DNA of 64,000 bases, taken from contig JBAVAR010000011.1 of the NCBI GenBank assembly GCA_049585815.1, positions 4,919-68,918 of the forward strand. Direction: 5' to 3'. Below are positions 28,834-38,500 of the stretch, one piece after another; within the stretch, counting starts at the first letter, position 1; each line of letters begins with the position of its first letter. The notes beneath the pieces were generated by a model, which saw only the letters and a program-made list of their open reading frames with translations, did not search any database and was not told the origin of the DNA. The DNA comes from Solirubrobacterales bacterium. Its GTDB lineage: Bacteria; Actinomycetota; Thermoleophilia; Solirubrobacterales; 70-9. Both the position numbers and the translations under genes were made by a program.

Positions 28834-28913
28834 TCCACAGGGATCGGACCTCAGCGGGGTCCGAAAAAGGGAAATCCACAGGGATCGGACCCAGCCGGGT
28901 CCAAAAAAGGAGA
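28834..28913 (+). repeat. Two tandem 41-bp direct repeats, each containing a GGACC...GGTCC hairpin/palindrome followed by an A-run, directly upstream of the A1 SD
   Basis: R1 (28834-28872) is tccacagggatcggacctcagcggggtccgaaaaaggga. R2 (28875-28913) is tccacagggatcggacccagccgggtccaaaaaaggaga. The first 17 nt are identical. Stems are CGGACC/GGTCCG (28845-50/28858-63) and GGACCC/GGGTCC (28887-92/28897-902). R2 ends in the AGGAG SD of GTG 28918. Confidence 0.75.
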
Positions 28914-28917
28914 GGGA

Positions 28918-31900
28918 GTGGCAGCATCTATTTCGAGGATTGGGGGGGCTCGGGCGATCGCCTGTGCCGCGATTGCCGTCGGCCTACTCCTCCTCCTCGT
29001 CCTCCCGGTTTCGCAGAGCTTCGCCAGCGAACACACTGAAGTGACCGGCGAATACGGCAAGGAAGGCCCGAAATCCAGCGGGCTCGGCGTTGGCTGTCAC
29101 CTCGGCTACAACGGTTCCACTGGGCACCTCTATCTCGCGGCTGACGGCAAAATCTACGGTCTCGCCGTCAGTTCTGGCTCGGCAACCCCGCTCGGCGGCA
29201 AATTCCCCGTCACCACTGGAATCAGCACCGGATGCGGCGAACCCGACATCGAAGTCGAAAGCTCGGGCGCCGGCAACATCTACGGCGTCCAGTCCGGAGG
29301 GAACGGCGAAATCTATGGCTGGGACTCGAGCGGCAACGCCCTCGGGACGCCATGGCCGGTATCCGTCCCAGGTGGCGGGGAACTGTGTGGCGTCGACGTC
29401 GGCCCGGGCGGTGGGCCATGGGCCGGCGATTACAGCCAGCAGAAAATATTCAAATATTCCGCAGCGGGGACTGCGACTGGGACAATCAACGTTGGCTTCA
29501 GTCTCTGCAAGCTCGCCGTAGATCACGTCACCGGCGACGTTTACGCCTCCTCTTACGGGGGCGGCCAACTAGTCGAGTTCACCGCCTCCAGCGGCTACAC
29601 CGAAAAAATCACTTTCCCGGCGCCTGGCGGCGAACCCGGTCTTGCCGTCAATGACGCCGAACACAAGCTCTATGTCGGAAACGGCAGCTCCACCGTCAAG
29701 GTCTATAACACCGAAACCACGAGCCTGATCGAAACGATCACCCTCCCCGAAGAAGGAGGACATGGGCTCGCAGTCGATGAAGGGACCGACACCCTCTTCG
29801 TCGCCATCGGCTCGGGCTCCAGCGGCTACATCGTGGAATATCTCGGGCTCACAACCCCGAAGGCGACGACGGGAGAACCGACCGGGAACAGCGAAGTGAG
29901 CGGAACCGCGAACCCCAATGGCGTCGGCCCGATCACCGAATGCTACTTCGAATATGGACTCACCACGGCCTACGGAAGCAAACAGAACTGCGCCGAGTCG
30001 ACACCGATCTCAAGCGAAGAGACAGTTCACGCGAACCTGCCGGGCCTGATCGGCGAGGAAACCTACCACTACCGTTTGGTCCTGACGAACGGCGAACCGC
30101 ACGTCATTGGCAGGGGGGCCGATAAGACAATCACCCCGCACAACGTCAAAGGCCTGTTCACGGAAGCGGCGAGCGAAGTGACACAGGACTCAGCCATCCT
30201 TAACGCCCGTTTCGAAGGCACCAATGAAGATACCCACTACTACTTCGAATATGGGCAGACCACAAATTACGGTCACAAGACGGCGATCCCGCCGGGCGAA
30301 GACGTGGGCGCGACGACCGGGGCCACGCACATTTCCAGCACGATCGCCGGCCTGGAACCCGGTATTACCTACCACTTTCGCGTCGTCGCCGAAAATTCAA
30401 TCGGCCTATCGAAGGCAAACGACAATTCCTTCAGGACGAACCAATTGCCGGCGATCATCTCCGATACAACCAGTCACATCACTGAAACGTCCGCGGAGGT
30501 AGACGCGACGATTAATCCGCATGAATTCGAAACTGACTACTTTGTTGAATACGGACCGACCCCCCAATACGGCTCGATTGCCCCGATTCCTCACGGCATC
30601 CTCGCGCCAGGCAACAGCGCCGAAAGCGTCCCAATCCAGCTTACCGGGCTCCAGGGAATCCGCTATCACTTTCGGGTTGTTGCGGCCAATCGCTGGGGCC
30701 GTGTGGAAACTGAAGACCAGAGCTTCAACTTCTATCCACCATCCTGTCCAAACTCGATCGTGCGTCAGCAGAACGAAAGCGAGTACCTGCCGGACTGCCG
30801 CTCCTATGAGCTGGTCTCACCCGAAGAAACCGGTGCGGTTGAGCTGACCAATTCCGAATTCACCGCGGATCCCTACGCAACCAATCCTCCCCGGTTCGCT
30901 TTTGTGGGATTCCTGGGCGGGATCAACGGCACCGAACCAACCAACTCCGGTGACGATACCTACGTCGCCACGCGAACCAGCATCGGTTGGAAAACCCACC
31001 TGGTGGGAGTACGCGGCTTCGAAGGACAGGCTTCGGGCCCACTGTTTGCGAGCCCGGACTTCAGCAAGTTTTTGAATTTCGATGAACCGCCTTTCTTCGA
31101 AGGACAACCCCAGCCACCGCACAACATTCCGTACACCTGGGACAGCGAAGGCAATCCGCTAGGCCGCTTGCCGGCTAATTTCGAAAGCGTTCCGAAGGCA
31201 GAAGAAAACCTCGGCGCATACCAGCCGTCCCCGGATCTGAATCATCTCGCCTTTTCCTCTAGCAACATTGCCTTCACTTCCGAAGGACTGACGACTCCGC
31301 CCGGGTCTGCCTACGACTACAACGTGGCTACGGAAACCACGACATTGATTTCCAAAAAGGCAAACGGTGAAAACATCGAACAGGAGCCCGGAAACACCAG
31401 TGCCACCAAAGAGGAGATCCTCTTTCCAGGTGACAATCCCGAATATGGCGGATACGGCTATGGCTCGATGGCGCCTCCTTACCATCCGGGGGTGTCGACT
31501 GACGGTTCCCACATTCTGATGTCGACCGCGAGCGCGCCCTACAACCACTTCAACGAACCGCCGAAACCCACGCGACTCTACATGCGGGTAAACGACCTCG
31601 TAACGTACGAAGTCTCACAGGGGCACGACGTCAACTACGTTGGGATGACTGCCGACGGGACTAAAGTCTTCTTCACCTCCCCCGAACGGCTGACCTCCGA
31701 AGACACGGATAACAGCGTCGACCTCTACATGTGGAGCGAAGCAGGAAACAAGCTTACCCTGGTCTCCAAGGGCGGTGAAGGAGCCGAAGGCAGTGGAAAC
31801 AGCGACGAATGCAACGCAACGTGGGTGAGCGGATGCGGGATTCGGCCGCTTGAGACTCAGCATTACACGGATAACTCGATCGCTGGCGAAAGTGGCGAAA

Positions 31901-32784
31901 TCTACTTCTACTCGCCTGAACAGCTCGACAAAACAAAAGGCGTGCCGAACCAGCAGAACCTCTATGTCTACCGTGACGGCAGCCCCCAGTTCGTTGCGAC
32001 GCTCAGCCCGATCGGGGGCGAAGAAGGACCGGTGACGCGCGTCCAGGTGTCCCCCGACGGAAGTCATGCGGCGTTCGTCACCTCCAGTCAGGTGACCAGC
32101 TACAACAACGCCGGCATGGCGGAGATGTACTCATACGACCCCTCCCAGGGGTTGGTCGTCTGCGTCTCCTGCCGGCCGGACGGCTTGCCGCCGACGGTGA
32201 ACGTCGAAGCCAGCAAGATGGGCCTGTTCATGTCGAACGACGGCAGGACCTTCTTCTCGACCGAAGATCCGCTGGTGCCGACGGACACGAACGAAGCGCA
32301 GGACGTCTACGAGTACGTGGAAGGCAGGCCGCAGTTGATTACCCCGGGCACCGGTACGAGCCAGTCACATCTGGGCGGGTACGGCGGCAGCGGCAACAAG
32401 GGGTCCGAAGGGCTCGCTGGAGTCAGCGCCGACGGCGTCAATGTCTACTTCTCCACCCGGGACATCCTCGTTCCGCAAAACAAAAACGGGCCATTCCTCG
32501 CCTTCTATGACGCTCGCACCGACGGCGGTTTCCTCTATGAACCACCGCTGGCTCCGTGCGAAGCTGCCGACGAGTGCCACGGTGCCGGCAATTCCACCCC
32601 GGTGGAACCCACGGTGTCCAGCGAAGGCAGTCTCGGCTCTCGCGGCAACGCGCCAAACCCGAAGCGGCAGAGGGTCAAGCGAAGTCATCACCGGCGCCAC
32701 CACCGAAAGAGCCAGCGCCGCCATGGCAGGCGCCACCATCGCTCCAAGTTCCAGCGGCAGCAAGGAAGCTACCGCCATGCATAG
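28918..32784 (+). CDS. Giant secreted protein A1 (1288 aa), function unknown. It comprises a signal peptide, NHL/YVTN-like propeller blades, three Fn3-like YG.T..YG units, a PD40/TolB-like propeller region, a C-terminal DECHG Cys motif and a His/Arg-rich tail.
   Basis: GTG start with AGGAG SD. Signal peptide MAASISRIGGARAIACAAIAVGLLLLLVLPVSQSFA. Blades such as GNIYGVQSGGNGEIYGWDSSGN, GDVYASSYGGGQLVEF and HKLYVGNGSSTVKVYN. Fn3-like units run from aa ~316-606 (CYFEYGLTTAYG..YHYRLV; YYFEYGQTTNYG..YHFRVVAEN; YFVEYGPTPQYG..YHFRVVAAN). PD40-like repeats include DGTKVFFTSPERLTSEDTDNSVDLYMW and NDGRTFFSTEDPLVPTDTNEAQDVYEY. The end is FYDARTDGGFLYEPPLAPCEAADECHGAG...KRQRVKRSHHRRHHRKSQRRHGRRHHRSKFQRQQGSYRHA. 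Confidence 0.85.
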   Translation: MAASISRIGGARAIACAAIAVGLLLLLVLPVSQSFASEHTEVTGEYGKEGPKSSGLGVGCHLGYNGSTGHLYLAADGKIYGLAVSSGSATPLGGKFPVTTGISTGCGEPDIEVESSGAGNIYGVQSGGNGEIYGWDSSGNALGTPWPVSVPGGGELCGVDVGPGGGPWAGDYSQQKIFKYSAAGTATGTINVGFSLCKLAVDHVTGDVYASSYGGGQLVEFTASSGYTEKITFPAPGGEPGLAVNDAEHKLYVGNGSSTVKVYNTETTSLIETITLPEEGGHGLAVDEGTDTLFVAIGSGSSGYIVEYLGLTTPKATTGEPTGNSEVSGTANPNGVGPITECYFEYGLTTAYGSKQNCAESTPISSEETVHANLPGLIGEETYHYRLVLTNGEPHVIGRGADKTITPHNVKGLFTEAASEVTQDSAILNARFEGTNEDTHYYFEYGQTTNYGHKTAIPPGEDVGATTGATHISSTIAGLEPGITYHFRVVAENSIGLSKANDNSFRTNQLPAIISDTTSHITETSAEVDATINPHEFETDYFVEYGPTPQYGSIAPIPHGILAPGNSAESVPIQLTGLQGIRYHFRVVAANRWGRVETEDQSFNFYPPSCPNSIVRQQNESEYLPDCRSYELVSPEETGAVELTNSEFTADPYATNPPRFAFVGFLGGINGTEPTNSGDDTYVATRTSIGWKTHLVGVRGFEGQASGPLFASPDFSKFLNFDEPPFFEGQPQPPHNIPYTWDSEGNPLGRLPANFESVPKAEENLGAYQPSPDLNHLAFSSSNIAFTSEGLTTPPGSAYDYNVATETTTLISKKANGENIEQEPGNTSATKEEILFPGDNPEYGGYGYGSMAPPYHPGVSTDGSHILMSTASAPYNHFNEPPKPTRLYMRVNDLVTYEVSQGHDVNYVGMTADGTKVFFTSPERLTSEDTDNSVDLYMWSEAGNKLTLVSKGGEGAEGSGNSDECNATWVSGCGIRPLETQHYTDNSIAGESGEIYFYSPEQLDKTKGVPNQQNLYVYRDGSPQFVATLSPIGGEEGPVTRVQVSPDGSHAAFVTSSQVTSYNNAGMAEMYSYDPSQGLVVCVSCRPDGLPPTVNVEASKMGLFMSNDGRTFFSTEDPLVPTDTNEAQDVYEYVEGRPQLITPGTGTSQSHLGGYGGSGNKGSEGLAGVSADGVNVYFSTRDILVPQNKNGPFLAFYDARTDGGFLYEPPLAPCEAADECHGAGNSTPVEPTVSSEGSLGSRGNAPNPKRQRVKRSHHRRHHRKSQRRHGRRHHRSKFQRQQGSYRHA

Positions 32785-35581
32785 CAGTCGACACACATTC
32801 TCACTGCGATGGATTGGCGTGAAGCGCCGCCGCTCCCTTGGCCTTTCCGTCACGACGCTGATTGCGGCGGTCGCCACGGTGGCTGCACTGGCGCCCGGAC
32901 GTGCTGGGGCAGAATCTCCGATATACCAATTTGAAGTCACTCCGTCCACCACTCAGGCAGGCGGGCACCCGAATCTCCACACGCTGGTTTGGGTCGGGAA
33001 TCGCTATACGCAGCAGATTCCTCCGCCCAGCTGCGACTGCCAGGACCCGAAGGACGTGACTGTTGAAATGCCGACCGGCGTCATCGGGCTTCCGCAGGCG
33101 ATGCCGAAATGCAGCGCCGCCGACTTCGCCGACCAGGAATGCCCGCCGGAGACGCAGATCGGGGCCGCCGTCATCAGCATCAACGCGGAACCGCCCGGCA
33201 CCTCGGGTTTTGGCAGGATCGCAATTTTCAACCTCGAACCGCACCCGGGCGAAGCGGGGCTTTTCGGCTTCACTTTCCCGCTCCTGCGTTTTCCCGTATA
33301 CCAGTCGATCAACTCGCGGACCGAGAGTGACTACGGCCTGGATGTAGGCACGGTCAACATCACTCATCTTCTGCCGCTCGCCTTTGTCGAAGAGAACATC
33401 TGGGGCGTGCCGGCATCGCCCGAACACGATGCGGAACGGATGCCGACTGGATGGGAATCGTTCTTCGACGGGATAAATCCTCCGACGCCGTCCACCGAAT
33501 TGGAAGTCCCATTCATCAACAACCCGACCACGTGCGGTCAGCAAAACCTCACCGCGAATGTGACCGTCCTTTCTTACGACAAAGGAGTGACTCACGCCAG
33601 CCATCCCTATCCTCCGACCACAGGCTGCGATCAGCTCAGCTTCAATCCGAGCCTCTACGCACAGCCCACGACGACGGCGACCGACTCGGCCTCCGGCCTT
33701 GACGTCGATCTCCAGGTGCCCCAGCAGCTCAGCCCGGAAGTAGCCTCACCCTCGGAGATCCGTGCGACGACGGTCGCGCTGCCCTCCGGATTCTCCATCA
33801 ATCCCAACGCCGCCGATGGAAAGACGTCGTGCTCGAACGCCGAAGCGGAGATCGGCACCCGACTCGAAGCGCAATGCCCGGAAGACTCGAAGGTGGGCAC
33901 CGTGAGCGTGGACAGCTCGGCGCTGCCGGGACCGATTCCCGGCTACATCTATCTCGGTACGCCGTTGCCCGGCGATCGCTACCGGCTGATTCTCACCGCC
34001 AATGGCTACAACGTCCACGTCAAGCTGCCGGGTTCGGTTCTCGCCAACGAACAGAATGGCCAGGTCACCGTTTCCTTCCAGGACCTTCCCCAGACTCCGT
34101 TCTCCGCGTTCAACATGCACTTCTTCGGTTCCGAACGGGGACTGCTCGCGACCCCCGAAAAGTGCGGCACCTATGGCGTCAGCAGCACCTTCACGCCGTG
34201 GGACAACCTTCTCTCCGAACAGACCTCCACGCAGTACTTCACCCTGAGCAGCGGTCCTGGCGACAGTAGCTGTCCGGCCTCCAGCCGCCCGTTCAACCCG
34301 ACCTTCAGCGCAGGCGTGGCGGACAGGACCGGCGGAGCGCATTCGCCATTCTCGGTCGTTCTCAAGAGGCCCGACGGCGATCAGAACCTGAGCGGACTGG
34401 ACGTGACGACCCCGCCGGGGCTCGCCGCGACCCTCGCGGGCGTCTCCTATTGCCCCGATGCGACGCTCGCCGCGGCTGCCACATCGGTGTCTGGCCTATC
34501 CGAGCTTGCCAGCCCGAGCTGTCCCGCGAGCTCCCGGATCGGGACCGCCTCAACCGCCTCCGGTGCGGGCGATCATCCTCTCTATCTACCTGGTCAGGTC
34601 TACCTGGCGGGACCTTACAAGGGCGCCCCGCTCAGCCTCGCGGTGATCACCCCCGCCGTTTCCGGCCCCTATGACCTGGGCAACGTCGTCGTGCGCGCCG
34701 CGCTCCAGGTCAACCCGGTGAACGCCCAAATCACCGCGGTAACTGACCCCCTGCCCCAGATCATCGACGGGATCCCGCTGCGCCTGCGTCAGATTCAGGT
34801 CGATCTCAACCGGCCCCAATTTGCGCTCAACCCAACCAACTGCTCTCAGTTTGCAGTCCAAGCGAAGATTTTCGGCAATCAGGGGGCTGAGGCGGACCCC
34901 GCGGCGCCCTTCCAGGTCGCCAACTGCGCCGAAATGCCTTTTGGCGCGAAGCTGCAGCTGATGCTCCACGGGGGCACGAAGCGGGCTCAGACCCCGGCCT
35001 TGACGGCCGTACTCACCGCTCGTCCCGGAGAAGCGAACATCGCCAAGACCGTGGTCACGATGCCAAACTCGATCTTCCTCGACAACGCTCACGTCCGCGG
35101 GCCGTGTACCAAAGTACAGTTCGCGGCAAACAGCTGTCCGCCCGGCTCGATACTCGGCACCGCAAAGGCCGAATCACCGCTGCTGGCCCAGCCGCTTGAA
35201 GGAAATGTATATCTGGCCACCGGCTATGGCCACAAGCTGCCGGACATCCTCGCCGCGCTGAAAGGGCAGGTCAACATAAACCTCGATGGTCGCGTGGATT
35301 CGGTTCACCAGAGCCTGCGCACCAGTTTCGAAGCGGTGCCGGACGTGCCGGTGACAAGGTTCGTACTCAATCTGCGCGGAGGAAGTAGGGGCTTGCTGGA
35401 AAATAGTGCCAACCTCTGCGCCAAGGTGCAGCGAGCGACCGTCAATATGACGGGTCAGAACAACCTCCGCACCAACACGAAGCCAAAGCTGCAGCTTTCG
35501 TGTGGCGGACACGGCAACAGCAGCAACCTCAAGCGTAAGCAGCAAAGGCGCCCGGCTCCGACGGGGAGAGGGACAAGGTGA
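32777..35581 (+). CDS. Secreted four-module protein B1 (934 aa), function unknown. Paralogue of B2.
   Basis: I place the start at ATG 32777 (SD AAGGAAG), overlapping the A1 stop as ATGCATAG. The N-terminus is MHSSRHTFSLRWIGVKRRRSLGLSVTTLIAAVATVAALAPGRAGA (signal). The mature N-terminus is ...FEVTPSTTQAGGHPNLHT. A Cys-pair module recurs about four times (LP.G...NP...C....CP..S.(I/V)GT...P(L/I).G.(V/I)YL...(L/V)P..P(F/V)..F..........L...C). It ends in a basic C-terminus ...LKRKQQRRPAPTGRGTR. Confidence 0.85.
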   Translation: MHSSRHTFSLRWIGVKRRRSLGLSVTTLIAAVATVAALAPGRAGAESPIYQFEVTPSTTQAGGHPNLHTLVWVGNRYTQQIPPPSCDCQDPKDVTVEMPTGVIGLPQAMPKCSAADFADQECPPETQIGAAVISINAEPPGTSGFGRIAIFNLEPHPGEAGLFGFTFPLLRFPVYQSINSRTESDYGLDVGTVNITHLLPLAFVEENIWGVPASPEHDAERMPTGWESFFDGINPPTPSTELEVPFINNPTTCGQQNLTANVTVLSYDKGVTHASHPYPPTTGCDQLSFNPSLYAQPTTTATDSASGLDVDLQVPQQLSPEVASPSEIRATTVALPSGFSINPNAADGKTSCSNAEAEIGTRLEAQCPEDSKVGTVSVDSSALPGPIPGYIYLGTPLPGDRYRLILTANGYNVHVKLPGSVLANEQNGQVTVSFQDLPQTPFSAFNMHFFGSERGLLATPEKCGTYGVSSTFTPWDNLLSEQTSTQYFTLSSGPGDSSCPASSRPFNPTFSAGVADRTGGAHSPFSVVLKRPDGDQNLSGLDVTTPPGLAATLAGVSYCPDATLAAAATSVSGLSELASPSCPASSRIGTASTASGAGDHPLYLPGQVYLAGPYKGAPLSLAVITPAVSGPYDLGNVVVRAALQVNPVNAQITAVTDPLPQIIDGIPLRLRQIQVDLNRPQFALNPTNCSQFAVQAKIFGNQGAEADPAAPFQVANCAEMPFGAKLQLMLHGGTKRAQTPALTAVLTARPGEANIAKTVVTMPNSIFLDNAHVRGPCTKVQFAANSCPPGSILGTAKAESPLLAQPLEGNVYLATGYGHKLPDILAALKGQVNINLDGRVDSVHQSLRTSFEAVPDVPVTRFVLNLRGGSRGLLENSANLCAKVQRATVNMTGQNNLRTNTKPKLQLSCGGHGNSSNLKRKQQRRPAPTGRGTR

Positions 35582-38500
35582 CCTGCACGGGATCGACAAT
35601 CGGGCGACGCATGCGGGTTGCCATTCTGGGAGCCTGCCTGGCAGCGGGAGTGTCGCTGCTTGCTGCCGGGCCCGCGGAGGCGGTGCAGTGGACCCCCCAC
35701 TCCTATGAAAAGAGCATTAGCGGATGGTCGGGCGGTGGTAGGAGCGTTGCGGTTGATCAGCAGAGTGGGGACTTCTACATAGCCACAATCGAACCCGGGC
35801 TCCGTATCTACAAATTCAATGCTCAGGGTGAACCGAGCGCATTCAGCGCCCTCGGAGGGGCGAGCTATATCCAGGTTACGAGCGAAGAAGTCTGCAGCTG
35901 CAGTGAAGCTCGCGTCGTAGTTGATAATTCCGGAGGGTCAGATCAGGGGCGCATCTACGTAATCAGCAGTTGGCGTGACAAAACCTGGGCCTTCGAACCC
36001 AGCGGAACTCCGGTCGGCGGAGCCTTCCCAATAGACAGCTCTGAAGGGGAGCTGGCGATCAGCCCCACCACCGGCAATTTCTTTGTGACCGGAACGCCCC
36101 TGCTGGAACGCGCATATGAATACAATCACGCTGGGGAAAAGACAGGCAACTACGTCGATCTCAGTACGTGGGGAAGCACCGACATGGTGCTAAGTCCGAC
36201 TGGAAACTGGTACACCTACCATGGGTATCAGGAACCGCGTGGAATTCTTAAACAGAACGCGTCGGGCGAACTAATTGAACACCTGTATTCCCAATTTTCA
36301 GAAGCCTTCAACATCAATTCGAAATCCGGCAACGTGCTCTCCGCCCGAGAAGAAGAAATTGCTGAATTTGATCCCAACGGTAACGAATTACCGCGCTTCG
36401 AATACGAATCCGAAGGTGAAGCGAAAGCAGTCGCGGTAAACGCGGTCAACAATTACATCTATGTGCTAAAGAATTACGGCGGCAACGAGCTGAGCATCTA
36501 TGCACCGGGAGCTCCAGTAACGGCCCCGTCGGCCGAAAACGAATCGCCCACGAATATCAAAGGAACGTCTATGACGTTGCATGCCTCGGTTGAACCCGAA
36601 GGCGTGACGACGACCGAATGTGCCTTCGAATTCACAACCACAGAAGAATACGGCTATATAGATTACGAAGAACACAGAGTGCCCTGCGAACAGGGGAAAG
36701 CAATATCCGGCAGTTCTTCCACACCTGTCAGCGCGATGATTACTGGCTTGACCCAAGGAGCCACCTACCACACACGCCTTGATGTCGGCAACGCAAACGG
36801 CGAATTCCATACCAGGGACGCCAAGGTGATCCCCTCCGAACCCCCGGTCATCGAAAGCCCCTACATCGACAGCGTCCATACCGACAGCGTCGAATTCCAC
36901 GCTGAAATCACCCCGGAAGGGGCTCCGACCACTTTCCACGTGCTCTACGGAACGGCCAACTGCGCCGCCGAACCCGAAGCCTGTTCCCAGACCCCCGAGA
37001 CCTCCTCGATCGGAAACGGTCTACTGCCGATCGCGGTCAGCGCCCACGTGACCGGGCTGAAGCCGGGAACCACATACCACTACATAATCGTCGCGACCAA
37101 CCAGAGCGCCACCGTTGAATCGACAAACGGGACCTTCACCACGTTCCCCTATACACCGGTGCTCGAAGACAGCTGTCCCAATGCTCACGTTCGTCAACAG
37201 ACCAGCGCCGCGCTGCTGCCGGACTGCCGTGCCTATGAGCTGGTCTCGGCCGGCAGGGCCGGTGGATACGATGTCGAGTCGTTCCTCAACGCCGAACAGG
37301 AACCGTTCGGTGGCTATCCCTACGCGGAGAATCCGCCACGCGCCCTCTACGGCGTCCACGACGGAGCAATTCCCGGTAGCGGACACCCGACCAATCACGG
37401 TCTCGACCCCTACGTCGCGACCCGCGGTGAAGAAGGTTGGAGCACATCCTACGTCGGCATTCCGGCCAATCTTCCGTATTCGACTGAATCGTTCGCTTCG
37501 CCGCTGGCTGGCGCAGACTCCTCGTTGGACACGTTCGCCTTCGGCGGTCCGGGACTGTGCTCGCCATGCTTCGCGGACGGCACCACCGGCGTGCCGGTGA
37601 CACTTCCCAACGGCAGCTTGGTGCAGGGCATGGCCGGATCAGAGCAGCCTGGCGCCGGCGCGAGCGCCAGCATGCTCGTGAAGAAGCCGCTCTCCTCTGA
37701 CGGCAGGCACCTGATCTTCGGCTCGGACTCCGAATTCGAGGCCGGTGCCGGAAGCCCCGCGATCTACGATCGCAACCTCACCACCGACGTCACTCATGCG
37801 GTCTCGAAGCTGCCCGGAGGCGGAAGCATTCCCTGTCTGATGGACTGCAGCTCCGACGGTCTCGCGGAGCTCGATGTCTCCAGCGACGGCTCGCGCATTG
37901 TCATCGGGCAGTTGATCTCGAAAGATGCCGCGGGCAATCGCTACTGGCACCTGTACATGAATATCGGCGACTCTGGCCAGACGATCGACCTTACCCCTGG
38001 GGCGACGGAAGGTGCTCTCTACGACGGGATGACCGCCGACGGGTCCATGGTGTACTTCACTACGAAGAACCAGCTGACCGGCCAGGACACTGACAGCAGT
38101 GCCGACATCTACCGGGCCGACGTCACCACCTCCGGCGCGAACCTTTCGCTCGTCTCGATCGGCAGCGGCGGCAGCGGCAACTCCGAATCCTGCGAACCGC
38201 TCGGCGACTCCCAGAATGAACATTGGAACAGCGTCCAATCCACACCCAACTGCGACGCTGTCGCGGTCGGCGGCGGCGGCGGAGTCGCGGCGGCCGACGG
38301 AAGCATCTATTTCCTCAGTCCCGAACTGCTGGACGGAGGCGTCGAACCCACGGACGGCGTCGCCAACCAGCCCAACCTCTACATCTCCCGCCCCGGATCG
38401 CCCCCCAGCTTCGTCGCCACTCTTGAGTCGAGTGCCACCGGTCCGACGCCGCCGCTGGAGGAACATCGGTTCGCGAAGTACTTTGGCCCGAGCAGCAACA

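Noticed and set aside
28834-28913. Could the tandem 41-bp repeat be a mini CRISPR array?
   Set aside because: There are only two copies, directly abutting with no spacer, no cas genes, and the second copy merges into an SD. I treat it as a regulatory repeat instead.
32441-32776. The ORF track extends B1 upstream to 32441, giving 1046 aa.
   Set aside because: The extension overlaps the well-supported 3' end of A1 in another frame and translates to S/T/P/A-rich filler. The signal peptide and an SD appear only at ATG 32777, so I start B1 there.
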